Shown in pieces: positions 55,822 through 64,000 of a DNA stretch of 64,000 bases. The notes beneath the pieces are model-generated. The model worked only from the letters and a program-made list of their open reading frames with translations. It was not told where the DNA came from and searched no databases. Both the position numbers and the translations under genes were made by a program. Positions within the stretch are counted from its first letter, which is position 1, and every line of letters begins with the position of its first letter. Where the stretch lies: the IMG/VR virus record IMGVR_UViG_3300023199_000154. One strand, 5' to 3'. Origin of the DNA: an uncultured virus (IMG/VR IMGVR_UViG_3300023199_000154). Its lineage: Duplodnaviria; Heunggongvirae; Uroviricota; Caudoviricetes.

Positions 55822-57900
55822 TCAGCCCATGGCCGGCGCCAGGTCGCGCGCCGGATCGTCTTCCTCGACCTCCCCGGTCGGCTCGGGATCGGAAGACTCG
55901 TCCTCCTCGGGGGGCTCGTGCGCAGTCGGCGGATCTTCTTCGTCAGCGTCGTCTCCGTCGATGGCGTCTTCGTTCTCGTCGGCCGCCTCCTCCTCCACGC
56001 GCTCCTGCTCGATGGACGTGTCGAGACCCACCGCCTCCTGCGGCTCGGGGTCGGGCTCCGAAACCGGCTGCTCGCCCGCGGCGGCCGCGGCGTAGCGAGC
56101 GTAGTCCTCGTCGGTGATCTCTACCGCGTCGTCGTCGTCCTCGACCTCGGGGACCTCCGGCTCGGGGCGCTCGTCGTTGCTGGGGCCGCCGACCGGAGGG
56201 ACACGAGACGAGGCACGGTGCTCGGTGTGAGGCACGTAGGGGTCGGGATCCTCGTCGTGCTCCATGCCGAGTGCCTTGCACACCGCCAACCAGTGCTCGC
56301 GCACGCCGAGGATGACCTTCTTGACCGTATCGAGGTGCTTGATCGTGCCCGCCTCGTGGATACCGATGAGTATCTCGCCGAGCAGCTTGAGGCAGTCCTT
56401 CTTCTTGTTGGCTCGCGCAAGATGGATGACCTTCATCACGTAGGGGCGGAAGTCGGGGCTCTTGGCGGCGAGATGCTGGAGACCCTCGAGCGCGCTTCGT
56501 ATGAGCATCGCGACATCGGGTGGGTCGCTCTGTGCGTAGTGGTCCATCTTCTCGGCGTGCGTGTTGAAGGACGGAGGGATCTCAAGCGCGCCATCGTCCT
56601 CGTCCTCGTCATCCGAACCCGGGGGCAACTGCCGATTCTGCGTACCTGGCGGCTGCTCCTGTCCCTTGCCGCCGATGGCTTCCTGCAAGGCCTCGCCGAG
56701 CTTCTCCCCGACGGGTGTTCCGCCGAGGAAGTCGCGAGCGAAGTCCCAGAATCCACCGGTGCTCCCGCCGAACTCCTGGCTCATCTCCCCGAACACCTGC
56801 TTCATGTGCCGGTACTCCTTGAGCTGGTCTTCGAGCGACCGCGGTCCCTGAGAGCCGGGGGCACGCTGTGCGGTGGGGTCGAGCTCTCGGATCTCCTTCA
56901 TCATCGCGATGTAGTCTCGGAAGCCCATCTCCTCCTTCTTGGCACCGAACATCTCCTGCATCACGCGAAGCTCCTGCAGGAACTCCTGACGGCTGTTCTG
57001 TTGGGGCGGCGGCGGGGGCGGCGGCTGCATCGACTTCTGCATCGCAGCGAAGGCCTCGATCATCTTCGAGAAGCCCTCCATCGGATCAAGCGGCGGGGGC
57101 GGCGGCGGCATCGGAGGCATCGACGGCCCCTCGGAGCGCTTCGACACGCGACGTTCGAGCTGCTCGAGCCGATCGACGAGCTTCATCACGATGGGGTCGA
57201 GGCCGCCCTTCTGTGAGCCCCTCTCGCGGTCCATCATCATCATCATCATCAGGGCGCTGCTTGCGTCGCCCTTGCCCTCGTTGAGCTGCTTCTGGAGCGC
57301 GAGCATGCGCTCGAGCTGTTGTACCGGATCGATGTTCTTGCCCTCGTTCTGGATCTGCTTGCTCATCTCCATCAGCTCGCGGATGGTGCTCGTCTCACGG
57401 GCCCGGGGTTCGGCCTCATCCTTGGGCTTGCGGATGTAGACGCTCGGGAGCTCGGCGAGCTTCTCGCGCGGGGTGCCGGGCTTGCCGACGCGGATCACGT
57501 ACTCGCCGTAGTCGAACTGCGGTACGAGGTACTTGCGGATGAAGCCCTCGAGGGAGGAGGCGCGCTGGATCTCGCCCATCGCGTACTCGTTGCACCACTC
57601 CTCCTTGCCGGTCTCGCCGATGTACCAGATGTGAATCCGCTCCTCGGAACCGGTCACGAGTTGGCGAGCCTTGGTCGCCTTGGTGGCGGTGCGCCGGCGC
57701 GGGTTCTGCGCCGCACGAATCTGCTGCTCGACCTTCTCCTGGTCGATGGGGCCGCCCGATTCCTCCTCTTCGGCAGACGCACCGGCACCGTTCGCCTTCG
57801 CCGGCTTGGTCTCCCCCTTGCCTGTCGTCGCCAGCGGCGCCCCCTCCTTGAGCTGGTCGGCCAGGTCAGCGGCGGTCTTGTTCTTCGTGGTCGTGCTCAC
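55822..57900 (-). CDS. Large Met/Gln/Pro-rich helical protein with acidic tail
   Basis: 692 aa, MMMMMM run, poly-Pro, coupled to the recombinase. Confidence 0.8.
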   Translation of the reverse strand: MSTTTKNKTAADLADQLKEGAPLATTGKGETKPAKANGAGASAEEEESGGPIDQEKVEQQIRAAQNPRRRTATKATKARQLVTGSEERIHIWYIGETGKEEWCNEYAMGEIQRASSLEGFIRKYLVPQFDYGEYVIRVGKPGTPREKLAELPSVYIRKPKDEAEPRARETSTIRELMEMSKQIQNEGKNIDPVQQLERMLALQKQLNEGKGDASSALMMMMMMDRERGSQKGGLDPIVMKLVDRLEQLERRVSKRSEGPSMPPMPPPPPPLDPMEGFSKMIEAFAAMQKSMQPPPPPPPQQNSRQEFLQELRVMQEMFGAKKEEMGFRDYIAMMKEIRELDPTAQRAPGSQGPRSLEDQLKEYRHMKQVFGEMSQEFGGSTGGFWDFARDFLGGTPVGEKLGEALQEAIGGKGQEQPPGTQNRQLPPGSDDEDEDDGALEIPPSFNTHAEKMDHYAQSDPPDVAMLIRSALEGLQHLAAKSPDFRPYVMKVIHLARANKKKDCLKLLGEILIGIHEAGTIKHLDTVKKVILGVREHWLAVCKALGMEHDEDPDPYVPHTEHRASSRVPPVGGPSNDERPEPEVPEVEDDDDAVEITDEDYARYAAAAAGEQPVSEPDPEPQEAVGLDTSIEQERVEEEAADENEDAIDGDDADEEDPPTAHEPPEEDESSDPEPTGEVEEDDPARDLAPAMG

Positions 57901-58844
57901 GCAGCTTCCTCCGGTTCATCAATGAATCGCACCGAGCGCAGTCGGCGCAGAACGTTCGCCATGTCGTGCTGGACGTAGTGACGCGCGGTCACCCGAGCGA
58001 TGCCGCTGCCCGCTCGCGGCGCCTCGTGCCCGAGCAGCTGCATCACCAGAAACTCACTCACCCCGAGCTCGTCGAGCCTCGTCGCGTAGGTATGCCGGAG
58101 CACATGCGAGGTGAAGTCGGATATCCCAGTCATGTCCCGGACTGCCTCAATGTGCAGCCGCAGCGATCGGGTGGTCATCGGCTTCTTGTTCTTCGAGGGG
58201 AACAGCCACTTCGGGTCCGCATGCCGCGCCCGCCACTCCCCGAGGTAGTCGATGAGCTGGTCGCGGCCCTCAAGGAGCATCGGGACCTTCCTCCGCTTGC
58301 GCCCCTTGCCGAGGACATCGAACGCCACCCAGCGCAGGTCCTCGAAGTCTGGATCTGTGACGAGCTCGATGCTCCCGAGCTCGAGCTTGACCACCTCCTG
58401 CGAGCGCATCCCCGTCAGCGCCATCACCGTCAACGCCGTCCCCGAAGGCTCGGGTACGTCGAGGAAGGCATCGAGCACCTCCCGATGCTCCGAAACGGTC
58501 AGCACTCGCGGCGGGTTGTGCTCGGCCTTCGGCACGTCGGGGTCGTGGAAGTCGACCAGCGTCTCCCCCTGCCGCCGCCGGAAGCGCACGTACTGCTGGG
58601 CGCCGATGAGCATCAAACGAACCGTCGTCGCCCGCATCCCCTCGGTGTGAACCAGCCAGCCGACGAAATCCTCCAGCATGTTCGGGGGCATATCGGTCAG
58701 CGAGACGTAGCCCTCGGGTGGATCCTCCCCGAGGAACCGCATCAGCTTGCGCGCCGCACGAGCGTAAACCCGCGCCGTCTCCCTGGACTTCGTGGTCGTC
58801 ATTCGGCGCTCGAAGGCGTCGATGCTGAGGTCCAACTCCACCAA
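57897..58844 (-). CDS. Tyrosine recombinase/integrase (XerC/D-like)
   Basis: TGMRSQE, GKG, HVLRH, LLGH and HY give the full R-K-H-R-H-Y set. Confidence 0.95.
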   Translation of the reverse strand: MVELDLSIDAFERRMTTTKSRETARVYARAARKLMRFLGEDPPEGYVSLTDMPPNMLEDFVGWLVHTEGMRATTVRLMLIGAQQYVRFRRRQGETLVDFHDPDVPKAEHNPPRVLTVSEHREVLDAFLDVPEPSGTALTVMALTGMRSQEVVKLELGSIELVTDPDFEDLRWVAFDVLGKGRKRRKVPMLLEGRDQLIDYLGEWRARHADPKWLFPSKNKKPMTTRSLRLHIEAVRDMTGISDFTSHVLRHTYATRLDELGVSEFLVMQLLGHEAPRAGSGIARVTARHYVQHDMANVLRRLRSVRFIDEPEEAA

Positions 58845-58851
58845 ATGCCTG

Positions 58852-59166
58852 TCAGTTTCGCTTCTGCGGCATCGGAGGCCGAACGCTCATCGGATCGAAT
58901 TGAGCCCGAGCCTTCGTCCACCCCTCCTCTTCCAGAACCGCCCGATAACACTCGTTGTTGTCCGGGCAGACGAAGGGGACCTCCACCTGCTGCTGGCCCT
59001 GGGCGTTGAGGATCGGTCCGCCCACCGGACGGAAGCGCTCGACAACCGGGCGGGGGTTGGCCTCGATCACGCCGTCGACGATGAGCGCACGCTCGCAGAC
59101 ACGGCATTTGACCTGGACGTTGGGTTCCTTGTCGGAAACACCCTGCGATTCCTCGTTCTCTGCCAT
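58852..59166 (-). CDS. Hypothetical protein
   Basis: GGAGG RBS. Confidence 0.55.
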   Translation of the reverse strand: MAENEESQGVSDKEPNVQVKCRVCERALIVDGVIEANPRPVVERFRPVGGPILNAQGQQQVEVPFVCPDNNECYRAVLEEEGWTKARAQFDPMSVRPPMPQKRN

Positions 59167-59285
59167 GTTTCGATCCTCCACCGATGGCGGTTTTCGCCGG
59201 AACCAAGCGCGACCCTACCCCCGCCAAACCGCCGCGGTCAAGAGTTGCCTATCGCACGCGCTCGGGTCGGGGTAGGGTCGGCTGC

Positions 59286-59645
59286 ATGAAGCGAGGCGCC
59301 ATCGTGCTCGGGGGCCAGGAGCTCCCGCTGTTCGTGACCGAAACCCGCCGCGAGCTGGTCGAGGGGATGCGCGGTGTTCGGCAGTTACCCTCTCCGATGG
59401 CCGGGCTGCTGATGGTGTTTCGAGGGCCCCCGAGGCCACGGCAGCTCACCATGCAGGGGGTGATCTTGGATCTCGACGCCTTCGCCCTGAGCTTCGACGG
59501 CCGCTCTGGGGGTCACGTGGTCGACCAGGTTCGGATGAAATCCGACTCGAGCCACGCCTATCGGCTCGAGGCCTGCGCCCTGGTGCTCGAGCTGCCCGCG
59601 GGGCGGTTCGACCGCTCGATGGTGGGCGATCCTTGGAGGGCTTAG
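59286..59645 (+). CDS. DUF192-like protein
   Basis: GM..GLLMVF, TMQGVILDLD, VLELPAG. Confidence 0.7.
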   Translation: MKRGAIVLGGQELPLFVTETRRELVEGMRGVRQLPSPMAGLLMVFRGPPRPRQLTMQGVILDLDAFALSFDGRSGGHVVDQVRMKSDSSHAYRLEACALVLELPAGRFDRSMVGDPWRA

Positions 59646-59877
59646 AGCCGATCGAGGCGGTTGCGAACGCGCTGCTCGCACACGTCGCTGCAAGCATGAA
59701 AAATCCCAATCCACCCGGGCACCTCGAAGACGCGCCAGGGCGGAATGATCATCTCCTCGGGGATCTCAACCCCCGGGTCGATCTCGATGCGCTGAGGGCA
59801 GTCTCCGTCGCACGCGATGAGCTGGCACGTCGCGTCGTACATCCCGAGTGAGACTAGGCCGCTCGGGTCGGAAACGT

Positions 59878-60975
59878 CTACGGCCGCCGCCGAGCGGAAG
59901 GCCGCTTGCGCGGCTGTTTTTCTTCGAGATGCGCAAAACACGTGGGGATCCCGCAGGTATTCACCACCTCGCCCTTCGGCCACTCGCCGCCGTTCCTGAG
60001 CGCCCAAGCGAGTACGTACACCGAAACCTTACGACGATCGTGTTGGGTGATCGGCACACCCTCCGGGGTGGTGCCGCGCTGCCAGAGACAATGACCGTCA
60101 AGCTCGACTGACCGTTGCTCCAAACGGAATTTCAGGCGGTTGACCACATTGGCCGCAATCGGCCGAGAATGGCCCCAGGAGGCGCCCGGCCCCGATCCGG
60201 GTAGGGGGGTACCGGCGGGGGGTGATTCTGGACCGGAGACGGCGTCCTGGGCGGCGCGCGGGGCATCCTCGTTTCCGTCCGTGCCCCACCCTTCCACGAT
60301 CGGACAGACATGGGATGTACGGCAAATGACTTCGGCGTGGCTGAGGCAGCCCATGACCGAGCATCCCTGGACCACACGACCTTGGGGCCAATGGCCATTC
60401 AGCAAAGCCCAGACCACCCGACGTGCCGTAGTTTGCTTGCCGGCAACCATGACAAGCTGTCCTCCGGTCCAGACAACATGCCCGCCATCGATCCGTGTGA
60501 GCTTCGCATCCACCCGAGACTTCAGACGGTCGTAGCTCGAGCGGTCAAGAATCGGGGTGTGGCGTTGCCTGTAAAAGCTGCTCCTCGGGTTGTTCGTACA
60601 CCTGCGAGCGGTGTGCTGATCGCTCTTGCAGATGCTGCAGCGATACACCCGATTGGCCCGCTGTGACTTAGGCTTTCGTCGGGACAGGCGCTTTTGATCT
60701 TCGCGCCTGACCCGGTACTGCTCCTCGTGGCGCTGGAGACGCTCGGCAGCATCTCGCTTCAACTCCTCGAACTCGGCACGCCGTTCGCGGTCCTGCTCGG
60801 CAAGCTTGCAAGCGATCACCTCGTCGATCGTGCCGTCGTCCTCGAACCGCTTAGAGACCTCGGGCGGCATCCCGAGCCGAGCACGCTCTCGGCGGTCGGC
60901 CCGGCGCTTGGCCTCGATCTGGTCCATGGCCTCCTCGACGGTGACCAACCACTCGTCCTCGTCCTCGATCGACAT
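59878..60975 (-). CDS. Zn-knuckle plus two degenerate His-Me finger (HNH-like) domains
   Basis: CSICKSDQHTARRC; two W..G...W.L.NG.WP.G.V...C....C..H repeats. Confidence 0.6.
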   Translation of the reverse strand: MSIEDEDEWLVTVEEAMDQIEAKRRADRRERARLGMPPEVSKRFEDDGTIDEVIACKLAEQDRERRAEFEELKRDAAERLQRHEEQYRVRREDQKRLSRRKPKSQRANRVYRCSICKSDQHTARRCTNNPRSSFYRQRHTPILDRSSYDRLKSRVDAKLTRIDGGHVVWTGGQLVMVAGKQTTARRVVWALLNGHWPQGRVVQGCSVMGCLSHAEVICRTSHVCPIVEGWGTDGNEDAPRAAQDAVSGPESPPAGTPLPGSGPGASWGHSRPIAANVVNRLKFRLEQRSVELDGHCLWQRGTTPEGVPITQHDRRKVSVYVLAWALRNGGEWPKGEVVNTCGIPTCFAHLEEKQPRKRPSARRRP

Positions 60976-61029
60976 TCTCCACCTAACCTCCACCGATGAA
61001 TGCCGCGTGATACCATATCGGCGCAATCG

Positions 61030-61500
61030 GTGTCAATGGTTGACCGAATTTGAGTTGCCATCCTCGGCAACCATCCGGAATGATTGATATTTCATACCGA
61101 TTTAGCAACCAACTTCCACCGCGGCACCCCCAGGGTGTCCACCACGGCCCCTCAGTACCCCCTCCCCCCTAGTACTTAGTTGTATATGAGAAATGATACA
61201 CTTAACAATTACACACACTACATATAGCTACCAACACCTACACATGCGCACACATACATCCGGGGACCCCCGCGGTGGAAGTTTGCAAATATCAGCAACA
61301 TATCCATGCACAATCATTGTGGTTTCGCAACACCGCTCAAGTTTTCCGCATTACGTATCATCGCCCAGATACATGTAGCCCCCATCACATATATGGACAC
61401 GGGCCAACCATGATACGTGCCCGACGAGGTAAAAGGAGAACGGGTGGCTAACGGCACCCCCCGATCACGACCACCCACGGGGGAGAAAAGTGGGGGGTTC
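61030..61500. promoter_or_regulatory. AT-rich non-coding region (origin/att/control candidate) with 14-bp inverted repeat and motif copy 11 (61474-61500)
   Basis: Marked GC drop; AACTTCCACCGCGG 61111-61124 / CCGCGGTGGAAGTT 61270-61283. Confidence 0.65.
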
Positions 61501-61622
61501 GGACCACAGGGTGTGCCGATTGATACGCTTCGGGTGGGTTGGCGGTGAGCGAACAAGGCCCCCTCAGCGGATCGAGCCGCTTATCAGAAACTCACCCCCC
61601 CCCTCCGGCCGGCGCCAGCATG

Positions 61623-62240
61623 CTAGGGGCGCATCGCCTGCTGGACGCCCCCCGGTCCCCAGACGGGGCCCTCGCGGCGGCAGGTGCAGTCGCTCTCGCC
61701 CCGGCGGCAACGCGCTCTATCCGGCAGCCTGCAAACCAGGCCGTGGGCCCGGTCAGCTCCGCGGCCCGAGCACTGCTCGAGCACGTGGATGTACTCGTGG
61801 ACGATGTGGGCCTTGGGGACGCGGCCGTCCTCGGCGTAGGAGTCGTGGACGATGAACAGCCGGTGCTCGTGGCCGCCGAGGAACTCGTTGCCGTCGCCCC
61901 AGCACGCCGGCCAGCTCCCGACGCAGGGGGTCCGCGTGCAGGATTGCGCGCAGCCCCACGGGCATCCCTCGCTCGGCTGGTAGCCCGGGCAGTTGCCGGG
62001 GTTGCAGTATCCGCACAAGCCCGGGAACTCGTCGTCGCCGGCGACGATGAGCCGCATGTAGGTCCGCTCCTCGACGCAGCGCTCGGTGGCGATGTCCTCG
62101 AGATCGCGCTCAGTCCATGCTCGGTCGATGCGGTCGAGCAGCTGGTGCTCGGCGGGCGACGGCGGGTAGGCCTGGGGCGGAAGCGTCATCCCGCATCCGG
62201 AGGCAACGAGGGCGACGGCGGTGAGGGTGGCGATGCGCAT
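61623..62240 (-). CDS. Cys-rich lipoprotein with HExxH metallopeptidase motif
   Basis: Lipobox VASGC; HEYIH. Confidence 0.65.
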   Translation of the reverse strand: MRIATLTAVALVASGCGMTLPPQAYPPSPAEHQLLDRIDRAWTERDLEDIATERCVEERTYMRLIVAGDDEFPGLCGYCNPGNCPGYQPSEGCPWGCAQSCTRTPCVGSWPACWGDGNEFLGGHEHRLFIVHDSYAEDGRVPKAHIVHEYIHVLEQCSGRGADRAHGLVCRLPDRARCRRGESDCTCRREGPVWGPGGVQQAMRP

Positions 62241-62263
62241 GGCCTCCAAGGTAGCATCGGGGG

Positions 62264-62746
62264 ATGCGAGGTCTCGGCGACCAGTACTGCGTGTCCATCC
62301 CCGCACGGCCCGCGCGCGAGACCCGCGGCTACGCGCTGTGGAAGCTGTCGCGCTCCGAGCTCGGTCGCCTGCTGGCCCGCCTGACGGCACGCAAGGTCCG
62401 CTTGGGCCCGAAGGGCTTTCGGACCGCCATCGCTCGCCGGCCGGCGTGCACCCGCGCCCATGAGGGCGGTCTCGGGGCGCTCGGGGGCCTGCACGGGGCC
62501 GGTCGCGACGTGCCGGGCGCTCGACGGCTTCGGAAGCGGTGCCGCACCGTCGCCCTGTACGACCCGCACCACCCCGACCCTCGGATGCGCAAGCGGCCGC
62601 GTGAGAAGTACGACGAGATCTTGAGCGTCTACACCCTCAACGTTCTGTCGACGGCCGAGGGGCGGCGGGTGCTTCGAGAGATCCATTCGCTGCTCAAGCC
62701 CGGCGGTCGTGCGGTCTTGGCCGTGCGCCGCGACACCTGCAGGTGA
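62264..62746 (+). CDS. Class I SAM-methyltransferase-like protein (divergent)
   Basis: TAIAR, YDPHH, YDEILSVYTLNV, LLKPGG..AVRRD; start uncertain. Confidence 0.6.
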   Translation: MRGLGDQYCVSIPARPARETRGYALWKLSRSELGRLLARLTARKVRLGPKGFRTAIARRPACTRAHEGGLGALGGLHGAGRDVPGARRLRKRCRTVALYDPHHPDPRMRKRPREKYDEILSVYTLNVLSTAEGRRVLREIHSLLKPGGRAVLAVRRDTCR

Positions 62747-62774
62747 ATCACATGGACAGGAACGAAGTCATCTA

Positions 62775-62936
62775 ATGGCAAACGGAATCATCGGCGGCGG
62801 GCTCCTGCTCGCATTTGGCATAGCGCCCGGATGGATGGACGAGTCCGAATCAGCCGACTGGTACAACGACCAGTGCCGCAAGATCAAAACGCGACGTGCG
62901 CGCCAGTCCCCGACTCTCCAAAGGACACGACGCTGA
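62775..62936 (+). CDS. Small protein with hydrophobic N-terminus
   Basis: Short ORF. Confidence 0.4.
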   Translation: MANGIIGGGLLLAFGIAPGWMDESESADWYNDQCRKIKTRRARQSPTLQRTRR

Positions 62937-62947
62937 GGTCCCTGCCG

Positions 62948-63157
62948 ATGAGCGCCATCGGAAAGCAATCTCGCCGGCCCTCCGGAAGGCACGTCTGGGT
63001 CAACGACATCTCCGCTCGAGACCCGGACGACCTCGATCGCGTCGTTCGGCGTTGCAAGGCCTGTGGAACGCTCGACACCTGGGAGCTCGCGCGCGAAGCG
63101 TGTCCGATGGAACGGCAGTACCTGATGCAGCAGAAGAACCGCGCGTTCATCTCCTGA
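62948..63157 (+). CDS. Small zinc-binding protein
   Basis: GAGG RBS; CKAC. Confidence 0.45.
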   Translation: MSAIGKQSRRPSGRHVWVNDISARDPDDLDRVVRRCKACGTLDTWELAREACPMERQYLMQQKNRAFIS

Positions 63158-63695
63158 ACGCCAACGATCTCGGCGAACGACGGTTCTTCCACAACGGATA
63201 GGCCCTGAGCGAGGAGTCGATGTACCAGCGGTGCTCGGTCTGCGCCCACGTGTGCAGGCCCCACCAGCGGGGCACGATGACGTAGACGCGATCGGCCACC
63301 CGCTGCCACTCCACGAGGGCCGACTCGGGATCCTCGAGGTGTTCGAGCACGTGGCTCGCGATCACCGCACCGAAGTACTTGTCGGGGTAGTTGAGCGCGA
63401 GCGCGTCGCCGTGGCACGCCCGAGGTCCTAGGGGAAGCGCACCGAGTGGCGTGGGGCACGGGTTGTTCGCCGGTGCCGCCAGGTCGAGGTTCACGTCGCC
63501 GTAGCGTGTCGGCCCGAACAGGAACGCACGGAAGCTCGAGCCCTCGGTTCCGGAACCGACGTTGAGCAGGGGCTTTCCGACACGATGGCAGTAGCGGCGT
63601 GCGTCCTTGGCCGCCCGTGCCGGACGCACCATCACGTCGTAGAACCAAGCGCCTGCGACGTAGCCCAGACCGATCTTCCACAGCCCCATGCCCAC
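63147..63695 (-). CDS. Class I SAM-dependent methyltransferase with hydrophobic N-terminus
   Basis: LLNVGSG, GDALALNYPD, SHVLEHL. Confidence 0.8.
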   Translation of the reverse strand: MGMGLWKIGLGYVAGAWFYDVMVRPARAAKDARRYCHRVGKPLLNVGSGTEGSSFRAFLFGPTRYGDVNLDLAAPANNPCPTPLGALPLGPRACHGDALALNYPDKYFGAVIASHVLEHLEDPESALVEWQRVADRVYVIVPRWWGLHTWAQTEHRWYIDSSLRAYPLWKNRRSPRSLAFRR

Positions 63696-63705
63696 AGGTT
63701 ACCAC

Positions 63706-63875
63706 GACCCCCCACTTTGCCTCCCCGTGGGGTGCGGCGCTACCATGGTTGCGGGAGCTGGCGCGGCCCCATGAGCCTCCTGCGCGTCAGGCGGCACCTC
63801 GCCACGGACTCAACCTCGGACCAACCCGCTGTGTGCAGTCACTACTGCCCCCACGGGGGACCAGAGGGGGGGTCC
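63706..63875. repeat. Inverted pair of dispersed motif (copies 12 and 13)
   Basis: 63706-63732 GAC6ACTTTGCCTCCCCGTGGGG and 63848-63875 in reverse orientation. Confidence 0.85.
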
Positions 63876-64000
63876 GGCTATGACAAACGCCCCGGGCAGG
63901 GCGGGCGTCGAAGAGACGAGATTCGGTGGAGGGAATCTCCCTGCCCGGGGCCGAGAGAACGCTATCACAGCCGGCTTCGGCTCTGCCACAACTGGTAGCC

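Larger units (their letters stand above)
1..64000. mobile_element. Virus/provirus genome segment, putative tailless membrane-containing dsDNA virus
   Basis: Phage-type replication and recombination genes, a tyrosine recombinase, and a module of membrane and beta-rich proteins with a transglutaminase-like protease. No host core genes. Boundaries not visible. Confidence 0.8.

Noticed and set aside
32432..58844. Tailed phage (Caudoviricetes) head-tail module
   Set aside because: No recognisable terminase, portal, HK97 capsid, tape measure or baseplate sequences.
925..63875. CCCC..GGGG motif as type I-E CRISPR repeats
   Set aside because: Copies are dispersed in both orientations, lack the hairpin loop and regular spacers, and no cas operon is present.
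1..64000. tRNA or rRNA genes
   Set aside because: No convincing cloverleaf or rRNA-like sequence seen by eye; a tRNAscan-SE/Infernal run would be needed to exclude them.

Overview
The window looks like one high-GC virus or provirus genome segment. Genes are densely packed, mostly on the minus strand, and often joined by ATGA/GTGA overlaps. I see no host housekeeping genes, rRNA, tRNA or CRISPR array. Positions ~1-31.6 kb are an early/replication/accessory region: SleB-like hydrolase, SLOG protein, PolX, Orn-like exonuclease, ParB, J-domain proteins, P-loop helicase-like ATPase, SSB-like protein, Sak4-like ATPase, PD-(D/E)XK nuclease, RAMA protein, DenV-like glycosylase, a catalytically degenerate ComM, RadC, vWA, DUF932-like and SprT-like proteins. 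Positions ~32.4-58 kb are a morphogenesis-like module with no recognisable terminase, portal, HK97 capsid or tail genes. It instead encodes beta-rich putative jelly-roll capsid proteins, three paralogous virion proteins, many small membrane-anchored proteins, protamine-like basic proteins, an M23 peptidase and a transglutaminase-like Cys protease split by a Gln-terminated intein. A tyrosine recombinase and an AT-rich control region follow. This suggests a temperate, tailless, membrane-containing (Varidnaviria-like) virus, possibly of a Myxococcota-like host (inference). The most striking unexplained signals are: (i) a ~28-bp DNA motif (GAC6-8-N7-9-CCCCGTGGGG) present 13 times in genes and intergenic DNA; (ii) a recurring hydrophobic-x-x-[LF]-G peptide motif in about 20 virion-module proteins, possibly a maturation-cleavage signal; (iii) a ComM with all ATPase motifs inactivated. 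All family assignments come from motif recognition by eye, with no database search.
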